Part shown: in pieces, positions 37,122 through 51,122 of the stretch
How positions within the stretch are numbered: the first letter of the stretch is position 1
Layout: each line of letters starts with the position of its first letter
Origin: Raja brachyura
Lineage: Eukaryota
Direction of reading: 5' to 3'
Length of the DNA stretch: 64,000 nucleotides
Assembly (NCBI GenBank): GCA_963514005.1
Contig: OY740811.1
Span: 26,846,001 to 26,910,000 of the forward strand
The notes under the pieces: model-generated
The model's database searches: none
Seen by the model: only the letters and a program-made list of their open reading frames with translations
Told to the model about the DNA's origin: nothing
Position numbers and translations under genes: made by a program

Positions 37122-40100
37122 GCAAGTGTCTAGCCAGGATTGGGGATAGACTCTGCTGGAGTAACTCAGCGCATCAGGCAGCATCTTTGGAGGACATGGT
37201 TAGGCAACGTTTCTGGTCAGGACCCTTCTTCATACTGCAGAAGGGTCAATAGACAATGGATGCAGGAGTAGGCCATTCGGCCCTTCGAGCCAGCACCGCC
37301 ATTCAATGTGATCATGGCTGGCCATCCCCAATCAGTACCCCGTTCCTGCCTTCTCCCCATATCCCCTGACTCCGCTATCTTTAAGAGCCATATCTAGCTC
37401 TCTCTTGAAAGCATCCAGAGAACCTGCTTCCATTGCCCTCTGAAACAGAGAATTCCACACACTAACAACTCTCTGTGAGAAAAAGTGTTTCCTCGTCTCC
37501 GTTCTAAATGGCACGACTACTGATCCTGACCTGAAACATCACCTATCCATGTTCTCCAGACATGCTGCCTGACTGGCTGAGTTACTCCCCCCAATACTTT
37601 GTATCTTTATTTGTAAACCAGCGTCTGCAGTCCCTTGAGTCCACAAGCTTAAGTTTAGGTTTATTATTGTCACGATGTGTAACGAGGCACAGTAACACCA
37701 AACGTTCTTTTGCATGCTATCCAATCTGATCAGATACTACTATTCAGAATACAATCAAATCAATCTTAAGCATAATAGGTAGAATGTAAGAAAATATACA
37801 GAGTGCAGAATATAGCTTTCAGTATTGCAGCACACCAATTCCATAGACAAAACCCAATGTCCACACGGGGGTAGAGGTGAATCGGACAGTAAATTCGATT
37901 CACCTTTACAGAAGGACTACTTGGAAGGCTGATAGCAAAATGGAATAAACTGTTCCTGAATCATGGTGGTGCTTGCTTTCAAGCTTGTGTTTCTTCTGCT
38001 TGATGGGAGCAGGACGAAGAAGAATAACTGGAGTGGGACAGGTCTACGGTTATGCTGGCTTCTTTCCTGAGACAGCGTGAAGTGTAGATGGAGCTAATAG
38101 TGGGAAGACTGGGCTACATCCACAACTTCTTGTGCTCTTGGGCAGAGCTGTTTCCAAACCAAGCTTTGATGCTACCTGACTGTATGCTTTCTGTGGTGCA
38201 TCTGTCGAAGTGGGAGAGGGTCAGTCTGGTGGGTGATCCTCAGACTCGTTGATCATAGCAAAGGTTATGGCAAGCCCTTAAGGTCATAAGTGATAGGAGC
38301 AGAATTAGGCCAATCAGCCCATCAAATCTATTCCACCATTCAATCATGGCTGATCTATCTCTCCCTCCTAACCCCATTCCATTGCCTTCTACCCATAACC
38401 CCTGACATCCATACAAATCAAGAATCTATTTATCTCTGCTTTAAATATGTTCATTGACAGCCTCCACAGTCTTCTGTGGCAAAGAATTCCACAGATTCAC
38501 CACTCTCTGACTAAATAAATTCCTTCTAATTTTTCAATCCCTGGACAATGCTTCCCTCCCGCACCACCCCCTCCCCGGGCACTTTCCCTTGCAACCAGAA
38601 AAGATGACACACTTGTCGCTTTACCTCCCCCCTCGGCTCCATTCAAGGACCCAAGCAGTCGTTCCAGGTGTGACAGAGGTTCACCTGCATCTCCTCCAAC
38701 CTCATCTATTGCACCCGCTGCTCTAGATATCACCTGATCTACATCGGTGAAACCAAGCGTAGGCTTGGCGATCGTTTTGCCGAACACCTCGGCTCTGTCT
38801 GCATTAACCAACCTGATCTCCCAGTGGCTCAGCACTTCAACTCCCCCTCCCATTCTGAATCTGACCTGGGCCTCCTCCATGGCCAGAGTGAGCATCACCG
38901 GAAATTGGAGGAGCAGCGCCTCGCATTCCGCTTGGGCAGTTTGCACCCTAGCGGCATAAACATTGATTTCTCCAATTTCCGGTCGCCCTTGCTGTCTCCT
39001 CCCCATCTCAGCTCTCCCTCGGCCCTCGGGCTCCTCCTCTTCCTTTCTCTTTTCTTCTCCCCGCCCCCCCCCCCCCCCCCCCATCAAAACCCTACATCAG
39101 TCTGAAGAAGGGTTTTGGCTCGAAGCGTTGCTTATTTCCTTCGCTCCACAGATGCTGCTGCACCTGCTGAGTTTCTCCAGCACTTATGTCTACCCTCCTT
39201 AGATGCTGCCTGACTTGCACCCGAGTTTCATCAGCACTCCGTGTTTTGCTAAAGATCTATCTTAAACACTCATATGCCTGTGCTGTATCTTCTATGAGCT
39301 AACTCTCTCATCCCATTCTTGGGTTCTTTTGGATTCTTAGCATTTTGGAAAATTTAGATTTCTGGGATCTATTTAATGTAAAAACCTTCCTTCATTTCAC
39401 TACTGAATGGCCTGAATATAATTCTCATGGAAGCAAAATCTCTGTTCAATTTTATGAAGAAAATAGAGGAAAGTTCAATCAGTAGAAATAGTTAAGGGGA
39501 GATTTCCTGACGGTGTTTAAAACTTATGAAGGATGTTGGTTGAGTAACTAGGGAGAAATTATCTGCTGGTTGGGAGAAAGCCAAAGGGCACAGACAGAAG
39601 GAAATTGACAAAAATATTAGAGACTGAGCTGAGGGTTTGCTTGTAACGTGAGAGATATTCTGCAGGAGAATGTGTTGTCTTTAAATTGGTGGTTGGGGAG
39701 GATTTGAGGACAGGGGAAGGGGATGGTGTGGAAGCAGATTTAATAGTAACTTCCTACACCAAATGGGGAAAAACTGTTGTAGAGTGGGGAGGTGGAGGTA
39801 AGATTAAAGCTCTGGGCCCAGTGCTCTGTATGGCATTTAATTATCTGTCACCTGGGCAGTTGAACCGCTCTTCCTTAGCTATTTTAAATTCACAGCCCCA
39901 CAAATATATTTGATATGCTCAAAACCAAACTAAAAACCTGGGAGACTACTTCTGAAATGGGCTGTAGCCTTTCAGTTTTAAAGGTTTCTCGATGGTCTGT
40001 TCACCCACACAACTGAACAAACTTTGGGATTGAAAAAAGTTGCAGAGCTGTCCATGATGGTTGGACAGCGGTCAATATTACATATTTAAGTGTCAAACGT

Positions 40101-43100
40101 TACAGAGGCAGAGAAGTTCTGAGACACAGCTTAACATTGCTGGAAATTGTGGCCCTGCTATTTCTGTCCTTGTGGCATCAGTGGTCACTCCACATACAGA
40201 TCATGCCGCTCTGGTCAGAGCATGTGACTATGGGGGAATACAATTTATTTATAATTAGCAGCCAGCAAAAAGGCACTGGGTGAATTATGTTCCCAGATAC
40301 GTCTAAGCAGTGCTCTTTTTCTTGTGACGCCAGTACAACGTACCGGAGCCTCTAACCTGACACACATGTTAATTAATCATGTTTAACTAATGGATAATAT
40401 AAGTGAATGAATTAAAACATTGAGCAAAACCCAAAGATGCTGAAGGAACTCGGCCGACGAGGCAGCAGTTATGGAGTGGACGAACAGATGAACTTAATTG
40501 AATTTTTTTTGTTCCATTGTTGGTAACACTCTTGATCTTGTCTTGACTCTTCACGTTTCGAATGGGGACCCTTCTCCCACCTGAAGAAGGGTCCCGACAT
40601 GAAATGCCACCTATCCATTCCCTCCACAGATGCAGCCTGATCCGCTGAGTTCTCCAGCACTTTTTTGTTCTGCTTATGATTCCAGCTTCTGCAGTTCCTT
40701 GTTGCTGCCAAACATTTGACAATACTTCTTGAATTCTGATGACCTATTCCCCTAGTTGGTGGCGAAGGGTTTTGAATTGGCCATTGAGGGGAAACTTCCT
40801 GAACTTGCAAGATTGTTGGAGCATTTATCCTTTCTGTGCCAATGGGATAAATATTTGAAAGGGGTAGATCCAGGACTTGATAGAACAATGAGATGATCTT
40901 TAGATGTATTTATATAAAGCCCCCCTTGATACAATGATAGCAAGTTTGGTTGTGAGTGGTGTCCAGACCCACACAGAAAGACTTTAGTCTCTTTAGGCTA
41001 TCCAGAAATGATTTGTTCACGGTGAGATATGTCTTCCAAGTGCAGTCATTGTTGTAATGAAGGAGTTTCTGTACCCAGTTTTTCACCCAGCTCCCATGTA
41101 GAACAACGTAATATTAAAAAGAAGTTGAGCTTGGTGATGTTGGGTGATTGTTAGGACATTGGGAAGGACCACTATTTCCACAAAGGGATCTTCTACCCAA
41201 GAAATCATTGGCCTTTGCTTTAACATCTCAACCGAATAACTCAAGATATCTCTGACAGTGGCACTCTCTCAGCACTACCATGTTATTATCAGTTTTGAGC
41301 CCCGCTGGATCTTCTCCCCCACTGAGTGCCATCTTTGAGCCACAGCTGGTGCATGCTTGCAGCACGGTGACTGCTGTATCCTCATCATGTCTGTTCTTGT
41401 TTATTAGGTGGTTCTGACGGGACCTCATTGTACGACTCTGTATGGCGGTACAACTCCAGCGTGAATGAGTGGACAGAGGTTTCGCCCATGCTGCAAGCTC
41501 GTGAATACCACAGTTCCGTCGTGCTCAAGGGACACATTTACATCCTGGCGCCCAACAGCTTGGAGCGCTATGACCACTCCTTGGATAGCTGGGAGGCCTT
41601 GCAGCCAATGCCCTACCCCATGGACAACTGCTCGATCACGGCCTGTCGGGGCAGGTTGTACACCATCGGAACCCTTGCTGGCAAGGAATTGATGGCCATT
41701 CAGTGCTACGACCCTGATGCTAACCTGTGGACTATGGTGATGTCTGGCACGTTACCTCCATGGTCATTCGTGCCAAAGACGGTGACCCTGAATGGATTGA
41801 TATATTTTGTACAGTAAGTTTGAAGTTTAGGTTTATTATTGTCCTGTGTTCCAATGTACAGTGAAAAGCTTTGTTCTGCATGCTATCCAAATAGATCAGA
41901 TATACTACATAAATATAATCAAGTGAAACTCAAGAACAATAGGTAGAGCAAAGAGGAAGATGCCGAGTGCAGAACTGCCTAGGTTGCACTAAGGACATTG
42001 GTCTTTTTTTGCACCTGGGCTTTTTTAATATTACGCTTTTTTTATTCAATAAAATGTTCTGACTTTTTGTTTATTATGTTTATCTATTAGTATGCTAATT
42101 ACAGAGCTGTTATGCTGCTGTAAGAATTTAATTGTTCTATTTTCGGTACATATGACAAGTAAACACTCTTGTCTTGACACTTGAACCAAGTTCCCTTGCA
42201 TGACCTAATTATTTATTAACTCTTGTTTATTTCCATTGAATTAGTCGGGAGGTTTGGGCAAGGGTTGTCTTGGGGATCATTTCTTCGTTAGCGAGGTGAA
42301 AGAATTTGCACTTTAATTGTGTCTTTCATGACGTGGGTCCCAAGGGATTTGCAGCCAATGAAGAATGGTCACTGTCATAATGACCCAATGTTCAGCTTCG
42401 AAGGAAGCCCTCATTCGCTGAATCTTCGTCTCTTTTTCTTGGGGGCACCAGATTTGTAGTAAGGGGTTGGCCATTCAGATTTTTTTTGTTGCCCAGATGA
42501 TAGTGAAGATAGATGCCCAAAAGTCTAGTATTGAGGCGATGACCAGCATTTTAGATATTAAGGGAAACCAAAGCATATACGAGGTTGTTGCAGAAAGTGC
42601 TGATAAAGATCAGCCATGTTCCAAATTCTAGCAGGCACCACGGTCTGAATGACGTACTCCTCTTCTTTCTCTGTGTTCAAATTTTTTCTGTAGTTGTTAT
42701 TCTTTGGAATATTTATCTTGTTCCCTTTTGAAGCTATTTCCACCAACTGGACATTCCAGACTTTACCACTTTTTGCATTGAAAAGATTATCTTATTGTTG
42801 CCAGCAGTTCTCTGGCCACAGTGCAGTCATTGGAAACTGTTTCTTACATTATTCTGCCTAAAAATGTTTTCATTTCAATAATGTGAAATTAGTGGATATG
42901 AACAGCAAGAAATATTAGCGTGAGATGTGGGGGAGTTAATGTTGATGAAGATTTAAATCTTGTCTGTCTATTCTGTTTCATCCAATGAAGACGATGATCA
43001 TGGATATCGCTGGTTGATCTATACTTCCCTTACTACACTCCCTGGGCTAATTGGTTAGTGTGGTGTTGGATTGTGAGCTCTGTTGGATTGTGGCCGATTA

Positions 43101-45468
43101 GGAAAAGGGGAGATGCAACGAGACCTGGGTGTCATGGTACACCAGTCATTGAAAGTAGGCATGCAGGTGCAGCAGGCAGTGAAGAAAGCGAATGGTATGT
43201 TGGCATTCATAGCAAAAGGATTTGAGTACAAGAGCAGGGAGGTTCTACTGCAGTTGTACAGAGTCTTGGTGAGGCCACACCTGGAGTATTGCGTACAGTT
43301 TTGGTCTCCTAGTCCAAGGAAAGACATTCTTGCCATAGAGGGAGTACAGAGAAGGTTCACCAGGCTGATTCCTGGGATGGCAGGACTTCCATATGAAGAA
43401 GGACTGGATAGACTCAGCCTGTACTTGCTGGAATTTAGAAGATTGAGGGGGGATCTTATAGAGACTTACAAAATTCTTAAGGGGTTGGACAGTCTAGATG
43501 CAGGAAGATTTTTCCCGATGTTGGGGAAGTCCAGAACAAGGGGGTCACAGTTTAAGGATAAGGGGGAAGTCTTTTAGGACTGAGATGAGAAAATATTTTT
43601 TCACACAGAGTGGTGAATCTGGGGAATTCTCTGCCACAGAAGGTAGTTGAGGCCAATTCATTGGCTATATTTAAGAGGGAGTTAGATGTGGCTCTTGTGG
43701 CTAAAGGGATCAGGGGGTATGGAGAGAAGGCAAGTACAGGATACTGAGTTGGATGATCAGCCATGATCATATTGAATGGCCTACTCCTGCACCTATTTTC
43801 TATGTTTCTATGTGAGGTGCTTCTGAAGTTACCTCAGTGTTACCAAGATGACTACGCTGTGACCAGTTCCACCACGTTAATTGATGCTAATTGAAAGTGT
43901 GGCAGACCCTGACTGAGTGATAGTTCCTAATTGGTGTCTCAAACTACAGGATGGGAATAACGTAATGATTAATAACTTGAATATTAGCATTTTAGTATTA
44001 TGGAGGTGATAATGGATATCATCGGGTTTGTGAATAATAAGTGAAGCCCAGAGTTTGTCATGTCTGGCAATTATGTCCAACTCTGATGTCCTAAGCCAGT
44101 AGTAATTTCTCAACCAGCTTCAGTATCTGTAACTCTCATTGTACAAGCTTCCTGTCAGCAGCTGGCTGTCACATTACATTAATGTCAATATTTTGCAAAC
44201 CTGAAGATCCATTAATTAGTATTCTTGAAGTTGTGGAAGATGCCAAATAAATGCAAGTTCTGCTGATAAGAAACATTTCAGAGGGCACGGCACAGAATAA
44301 AAGGACCTTCCTTTTTAGACTGGAGATGAGGAGGAATTTCTTTAGAAGAGGGTGGTGAAACTGGAATTCATTGCCACAGATGGCTGTGGAGGCCAAGACA
44401 TCGGGTATTTTTTAAAGTGGAGAATGACAGGTTCTTGATTTGTAATGGCATGAAAGGCTACAGGGGGAAGGCAGGAGAATGGGGTTGAGGGGGAAACATT
44501 ACGAGCCACGTTTGAATGGCAGAATAGACTCGATGGGTTGAATAGCTTCAATCCTATGTCTCATGGTTTTATGGCCTTATTTAAGATACGCATTCCATTG
44601 GGGTTTGTACTTGTGTAGATTGGTGAATTGGAACTTATTCAATGATTTTTATTGAAGGCACTCTGTTCCTCTTTCTCCTCAGGGATGATTCTTCAGAGGT
44701 TGACGTGTATAACCCAACCAAGAATGAATGGGGCAAGATCCCACCCATGAATCAGGTACAAATGAATGTGAGAGTGTATATTTGTGAGATTGGGATTAGC
44801 ATTTTTCAGCTGCTATGCACAATGATGTTTGCTGTCCGCATAGAACCCGCTAGTGTTGGCTTTAGTTTGAGACGGGGTCTATCTTGGGGTCTGGGAATAT
44901 GGTGGGAAGGATGGAAATGTAGAACTCCTCAAGAGGAGTGAAATGGGTGGGATGGGGAGGAATTGGTTGTAAGACTGAAGGAAGGTACAACGATGGGGCA
45001 GAACCATGGAGGGAAATTGAAAATTAGACTTTTTGGTTTGTGAGATAAGAAGTGCTTGAGTTGCTGTGATTCCCTGCGTCAAATTTTGAGTAGTCTATTG
45101 CATTTCTGCGTGCTGTTGAGTATGCTCAGTCTTGGTTTTTTTTCTCTCTATCCCAGGTCCACGTTGGGGGAAGTGTGGCTGCTCTGGGGGGAAAGCTGGT
45201 TGTCTCCGGAGGCTATGACAACACCTTTGAACTATCTGGTGTCATTGAGGCCTTTAACTTTCAGACTGGCTCCTGGAGTATTGTTGGTCATCTCCCCCAA
45301 CCCACCTTCTGGCACGGATCTGTCAGCATCTTCCGGCAGTTCATGCCCACTGCCCGGGTCACCTTCGAAAGCTCGACCAATGACAACCACAACAATGAAA
45401 TAAACAGTCTAAATCTGGCCCGGTATCGAAGGCAGCTTCATAATGAGAACCTCCGCCTTTTGCACTGA
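36095..45468 (+). CDS. KLHL21: Kelch-like protein 21, spliced CDS: join(36095-37121, 41408-41813, 44683-44755, 45157-45468), 605 aa
   Basis: BTB ([31 protein letters not shown]), BACK and kelch repeats. [29 protein letters not shown] and [13 protein letters not shown] are characteristic of KLHL21. The exons total 1818 nt in frame, and synteny with PHF13 and ZBTB48 fits. Confidence 0.96.
37248..37512 (-). mobile_element. CR1 3' end inserted into a palindromic Penelope-terminus repeat (arms ~37150-37247 and ~37520-37636)
   Basis: [13 protein letters not shown]...[10 protein letters not shown] plus the 3' UTR; the two flanks are inverted arms of the short repeat. Confidence 0.85.
37645..38225 (-). 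mobile_element. Rex1/Babar 3' fragment
   Basis: Tail gtttaggtttattattgtcac and similarity to 29420-29700. Confidence 0.7.
38540..39195 (+). mobile_element. Penelope-like element 3' part: GIY-YIG region followed by the hammerhead-bearing terminal repeat
   Basis: ctcatctattgcacccgctgc...tacatcggtgaaaccaagcgtagg encodes [23 protein letters not shown]; cagtctgaagaaggg...cgaagcgttg follows at ~39098. Confidence 0.88.
41408..41813 (+). CDS. KLHL21: KLHL21 coding exon 2 (406 nt)
   Basis: ttattag|GT GGT TCT GAC...TTT GTA CA|gtaagt; kelch repeats. Confidence 0.95.
43083..43813 (+). mobile_element. CR1 LINE 3' end, well preserved
   Basis: [13 protein letters not shown]...[13 protein letters not shown]...[16 protein letters not shown]; (ttctatgt)n tail. 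Confidence 0.93.
44683..44755 (+). CDS. KLHL21: KLHL21 coding exon 3 (73 nt)
   Basis: ctcctcag|G GAT GAT TCT...AAT CAG|gtacaa; encodes [24 protein letters not shown]. Confidence 0.94.
45157..45468 (+). CDS. KLHL21: KLHL21 last coding exon
   Basis: atcccag|GTC CAC GTT GGG GGA AGT...; [12 protein letters not shown]; TGA at 45466-45468. Confidence 0.95.
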   Translation, partial: VHVGGSVAALGGKLVVSGGYDNTFELSGVIEAFNFQTGSWSIVGHLPQPTFWHGSVSIFRQFMPTARVTFESSTNDNHNNEINSLNLARYRRQLHNENLRLLH

Positions 45469-48130
45469 GCAGGTTGGAATGATGACTAAGACCACTACAG
45501 CAAAACCCGCTCTCAATTCAGCTGGCTGCTACCCACTTCCAATGGATAGTCGTCCAGTACTGAACTGCCTGGTGTCAAATTCACCATTGGCTTTCATAAT
45601 TACATTTTAAAATTCTCCATGTTGCCACCATCAGCACTCGTTGGTTTTACTGAACTTTGTTTGCTGTTGTTAGCTGCGTTCTATCTACCACTGGCTGCTG
45701 GCTGAATTCGTCTCCAGAGGGAAGATGTGAAGCTTTATCTCCCCAGCCTTGTCACCAACCAGCGCTTGTTAAAAAGCTCTGGTAAAAAGAAAACCTGCTT
45801 TATGTAGCTCTACATCATATTCAGCAAACACTTAACTTAAAATCAATTTACTTGTAAAGTTCAACAATGTAGAAAAATGAAGCAAACATTCTGTGCACAA
45901 AACCCATGAACAGAAATGTGGTGAATAATTTATTTTTGTGATAATGTTTGAATGAGGAATATTGGGATGATAGAACACTCAAGAACACAGTAATGTTCTA
46001 GTAACATGGGATCTGCTACATTAGATAAATGGAATCTTGGTTTAGTGCCTCATTGGACAAATAGTGAACGGATATGATGTCAACATCAAAAATGGAGTCA
46101 ACATTCGGGCAACATTCACCATCATGAAAATACACCTGGATCAGGCCGCAAATCGAGGATCTCCTTTGGTGCTGTTCTTCAGCCCAGGTTTCTGTAATGG
46201 CTAATATTGGCATTAAACTGAGCTCTGATTGCTGAACTAGATACAGGGGAGGGTGCAGTAAAACTAATAATCTTCTCAGACATCCCAATGCTTTGGCATT
46301 GAGCTCACCAGATGCTGATTTATGTGCTGCCTCTAAACAACTCCCGTGCTCCTTGCTGGGTTGCTGAAAAATGTATTATTACTTTATTTTAATGTGATCA
46401 CTCTTTGTAAAGAAATGAATTACAAGTGTTTTGGGTATTAATTGTAATAATATACAATTGTCCAGATAATCTGCCAGCACATCAGCACTGAAGTCCCACG
46501 CATGACATATTAACAGAACTTAATTTTAATTGAAATGCTTCACAAAAGATCTGGCACAGGCATTATGGGTTGAATTGCGTCTTCTGATTCTATGAATGCA
46601 AAAAGAAATAGATTGTTTGTCACATGACATTGCAAATTCTGTTTAAAAACTTGCCAGTATACAACACATGGCCCGGTGCTGTAACATTTAGTGAAGCTGC
46701 AGTCACATTATACTGTAAGTTTAAATTAAATTCATGTGGAGGGGGCCGAGTCAGATTGAACATTGCCACATTTTGGGTTTGTTTATTGCAATTGTTGTAA
46801 AAGCTTGATATTTATTTGCTTGGAAGTGTTGTAGATCTTTCTGGCTTTTGAAAAGGTATTTGAGTACCTAAGCAACAGAAATTAAGGTGCCAGTGCCATC
46901 TGATGATCATCCGGTGGCGCTGTTACTGGCTGCATCCGCCCACGGTCTGGTTGTCTTTTTTTGTTATGTTTAGAGTTTTAAAACTTTTTTTCAGTATTTT
47001 ATGTGGGGGGGAAGCGGGTAGGGTAAGGGGGAAACCGTCCTTCAGTCGCTTCCTGGCGAGGATGCGGCTATTATCCAAGTCGTGTTCTCTTCGTTGTCTC
47101 TTAATTGAAGACAATGACAATAAATTATATCAAATCAAATCAAACCATCCAGCTTTCTGCCATTCACCATTGAAGGGAAAGACTGGAATTCATGTCTGAC
47201 CCTTCATGACCTAGGAAATTCTAAAGGGAATTGTCGGTAATCAGGTAGATTTGAAATGTTACAAGTAAGACTAATTCGGGCAGCTGATTTGTGTGCACAC
47301 AATTTCACAAACTCAAGGTAGACAGTGGCCAATTAATCAGTTACAGTGATGTTGATTGGATACGTGACGTAGATTCAGGTGTGAAAATAGGAGCCATTTG
47401 AGCTAATTTTTATCATGAGAATAATTTTAGTAATGGGATTGTTTCCAAAATGACAACAACAATTGGAGAGCATAAACTGCAATTGCTTGCCAATCAATCA
47501 GATTCGGGATCCATCACTGCTATAGTCTATAGAACACTAAGTATTGTTTTGTTTTTATAGCTGCAGTTTTGTGCTGCACAATCTGCACCGTGTTTTACCA
47601 CAGTTATGTGGTTTTTTTTTTAACTGTTTCTGTGTTTTGGAATGGAACAAAGAGTTATGTTGCATTTGCCGAGCCTTTCAATGAAGACTCTTGGTCAAAT
47701 CAATTATACTTTATACAAAGGAAAAGTGAAGTGAGTTCCATTTAAGGCCCACTCAGCCCATTCAAGATATGGGAAGGACCTCCAAATGGACCTCACTGAT
47801 GCTCTGTTGCATTTTAATGCTGAGTCTGATCAGATTAATATATCACAACTGTGACTGAATCTCAACTTGGTTCAGAATTTGGAATTGAGGAGCCTCTCAC
47901 TCAGATGGTCATGTGCTATCTTTCAATTTGCTTTAAATGCTTACCTCAACCGTCTCACCAGTGTTGCAATTTGTGTCTGGTAAGGACCTGTTCCACAATA
48001 GTTGGGTGATGATCCCCACCAAGGAGTGGGATGGATGTGGCACTTCCATTCGTAATTGCCACTACTTTAGAAATAAGAGTGCAATGAAATACTCCAAAGT
48101 TATTAGTTTAGAATACTCACACTGGGGCAT

Positions 48131-48445
48131 GGGGCAACACAGTAGCACAGTGGTACAGCTGGTAGAGATCCTGCCTCAAAGATCCAGAGACCTGGGTTCG
48201 ATCCTAATCTTGGGTGTTGTCTGCATGAAGTTTGCTCATTCTCCCTGTGACTGTGTGGGTTTCCTCCGGGTGCTCCCACATTCCAAAGACATGGGTTTGT
48301 AGGTTAATTGGCTATAAATTGCCCCTTGTGTGCAGAGTGTGGATTAGGAAATGGGATAACATAGAATCATTGTGAACAGGTAATTGATGGTCAGTGTGGA
48401 CTCAAAGGGCTGAAGGGCCTGTTTCCATGCTGTATATCTAAACTG
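48131..48445 (+). mobile_element. tRNA-derived V-SINE (HE1-like)
   Basis: gcacagtggtacagctggtagag...gggttcgatcc...gtgggtttcctccgggtgctc...gggcctgtttccatgctgtat. Confidence 0.85.
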
Positions 48446-49177
48446 ACCTCTTAAGTATATAAATCACAAATTGAACATTTTGGTTAACTTTGGATCCTTT
48501 GTGTCTTGAAGATGTTGTGCATTCAGTGACTTGTACACAATGTGATACCAATTTGCTGCTGGTAGATTTGTGTCCAACTGGTTGATTATCACGCAGAAGG
48601 ATGTCAAATATGTAAGAGATTGCTCAGCTATCTCTTTGACTCCTGAAGGCACTGCCTCGTGCTGGGTTACAATTTGAAACACTAGTTGCCAATCATTCAG
48701 TCTTTAACCTCGTCAACAGAACCTTCCCCCATTTACCAGAAGTGGTTATTTGATCGCAGCTGGAACTAAGGTATCTTTTCTTCTCAACTGCAAGCGGTTT
48801 GGTTTTTGTTCCATCCTTACCCCTTCGTCTGGTGTACTGAAGCCAAGTCCAGTAGTCCCACTGCTGGACTTGACTGTGAGCTCTGTGGAGATGAGTAACA
48901 TGTGCCTTTGCTAGTTCAGAGTTCGATGTGGAGAAAATGTTTCGTGAGGAAGATTTTTTTTAAATGAGTGACTTTTAAGGACTTAAATATTGACAAGAGG
49001 AATGAAGACGTGAGAAATTTAATACCGTTGCCTTTCAAAATCTCTAGCATAATGCTGTGAGTTTCAAGCACTATACATCCTGGTTTTATCTTGAGTTTTC
49101 AGTGTGTGTCTGAAGTGTTGTGACTTATTGTACATACATGCAGTTTATATTGAATTTGCATTATACAAATTCTACTA

Positions 49178-49183
49178 AATAAA
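49178..49183 (+). terminator. Candidate KLHL21 polyadenylation signal (AATAAA)
   Basis: AATAAA preceded by TGTA motifs and followed by T-rich sequence, 3.7 kb after the stop codon. Confidence 0.4.
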
Positions 49184-50786
49184 ATGTTTACTCTGAAGCA
49201 TTGGTTAATGTACAGTATTTTACATTTAAACGTTAATGCTAACTTAATACTCGAGTCTGTGTCCCGTTTAGTATGGGTTTTGGATTGGGGGGTGGTGGAG
49301 AGGTAACATTGGAACTGTTGCAAAGCCATTGCCCAATTAAATTGTACTCTGGATGGTAAGTAAATGTATTTATTGTTCTAGGGTGCCAGTTTCAGGTTCC
49401 TTCATCGGTGAAAGGAGCAAAGTTTAAAGGAGTTGTGTGGGGCAAGTTTATTTTTACACAAGGTAGTGGGTTCCTGGAACACATTGCCAGGGGTAGTGTT
49501 GGAGACAGAGATGATAGTCGCATTCAAACGTGGTTTTCAGTTGGGCACATGGATATGTCACGTGTTCAGGCAGATGAGATTAGTTTAGTTCGGCGTCATG
49601 TTCAGCACGGACATTGCAGGCAGAAGGACCTGTTCCTGTGCTATATTTTTAAATATTATATGATCATACACATCAGCATCCCACTATCACAATGAAATGA
49701 TGGTTAGCTAATAATTTGGTTGTTATGGACCATTTTGCCACATCAACTATATTCTGCTCCTGTTTGGTGCATTGGGCTCTTAAAGTAAATACACCAGCAA
49801 CGCAACCTGGAACTAATGTTGAATATTATCAAGCAAAGAAGTATGAGGACAGGAACAGATCTGGGAATCTCCTGTAAGTATTTTTGTTCATCTTTCAGGC
49901 TCACTAAAATGACTTGGGCACTAGTGAAGAAAGTGGTTTGTAGTTTGACTTTTGTGCAGAAAATGTCCTTCAAGTTTTACTTCACACATGCAAACATTCA
50001 ATAATTCTCACTGTGACCTGAATCTGTTCCCAGGATGTACTCTGCGTGCTACCAACGTTGTAAGCCTTATTTTACATACTGGTGTTCATGTTTAAGTACT
50101 GCTCTTCTCACAACCACTTGATAGCAGCTTGCAAGTTTTGAGGAAATGAGTTGCGTACCTCTTTATACTGCTTTGCTACAACCCACCATTTAATTATTTC
50201 CTAGTGTTTCTGTATTTCTATATGGCATCATGCTTGCTTCCTGTGCTTATGTTGCAGTTCAAAGGTGAGACAAGTAGATGGCACCAATATTCACTCAGTA
50301 TCTCTAAATGACAAATCCAGTGCAGCCTCTGTCTAAAAGCATATGCTGCTATAGTTGCAAGACCTTAAACAGATAACATTCAACTTCACAAGAAAAATGA
50401 AGCGTGGCCTCTAAACCACAAATTTCTGAAGAAATTCAAAAACATTTCTACACAGTAGAAAGTCACTGCTAATAGATGGAGATGAGGCCAAGATTAATGG
50501 TGTTGAGTGTGAGGTTGGGGGAAAGTAAAGGAAGGAAAGATAAAGAGGGGGGCTGTGAGCAACCATGATTAATCATTGGTCAACTATGATTTTGTATGGA
50601 CATCAATTACAAGAGCTTAAAAGATTCAAACATATTTCTCAGTGCTGGTTAATGACTGTCTATTTTGAATATTGGCTGATATTACTCTCCCCACCGGCAC
50701 CTCTGCAGGTCCATGCATTGTCAGGCTGTTTCTGGGATTTTGGGCACACAGCACTGCTGTATTTTCAATTTTAAACTTCAACAACA

Positions 50787-50792
50787 TTTATT
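50787..50792 (-). terminator. Candidate ZBTB48 polyadenylation signal (AATAAA)
   Basis: tttatt on +, about 330 nt downstream of the ZBTB48 stop; a second one lies at 51062-51067. Confidence 0.5.
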
Positions 50793-51122
50793 CAGGGGTT
50801 GTACCAAAAAGTGTTTTATAATCAATATAAGAAACTTTTTTTTAACATGCAGTGATATTCCTTATTGAGATGATTAATCTGTTTAGCTGGGACTGTTAGC
50901 AAGGGCCCGGGCCCTCGTGTTTTAACAGTGACACATCAAATGGAAGAGTTCCCTTACTTTTGACTGGAGTACATGCCTAAGTTAAGGTATAAAAGGAGTT
51001 TTTTTTTTACTGAACAGACTGCTGATGAATGAAATGGCAGCCAGCAAATACATAGAATCATTTTATTTACATGCTTCGTAAGAAGTTAATTTTAAGGCAA
51101 TTCATATTGGGGCAACAGGTCC

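Noticed and set aside
48131-48215. tRNA gene
   Set aside because: Only a degenerate A/B-box head that continues into a V-SINE core and LINE-derived tail.
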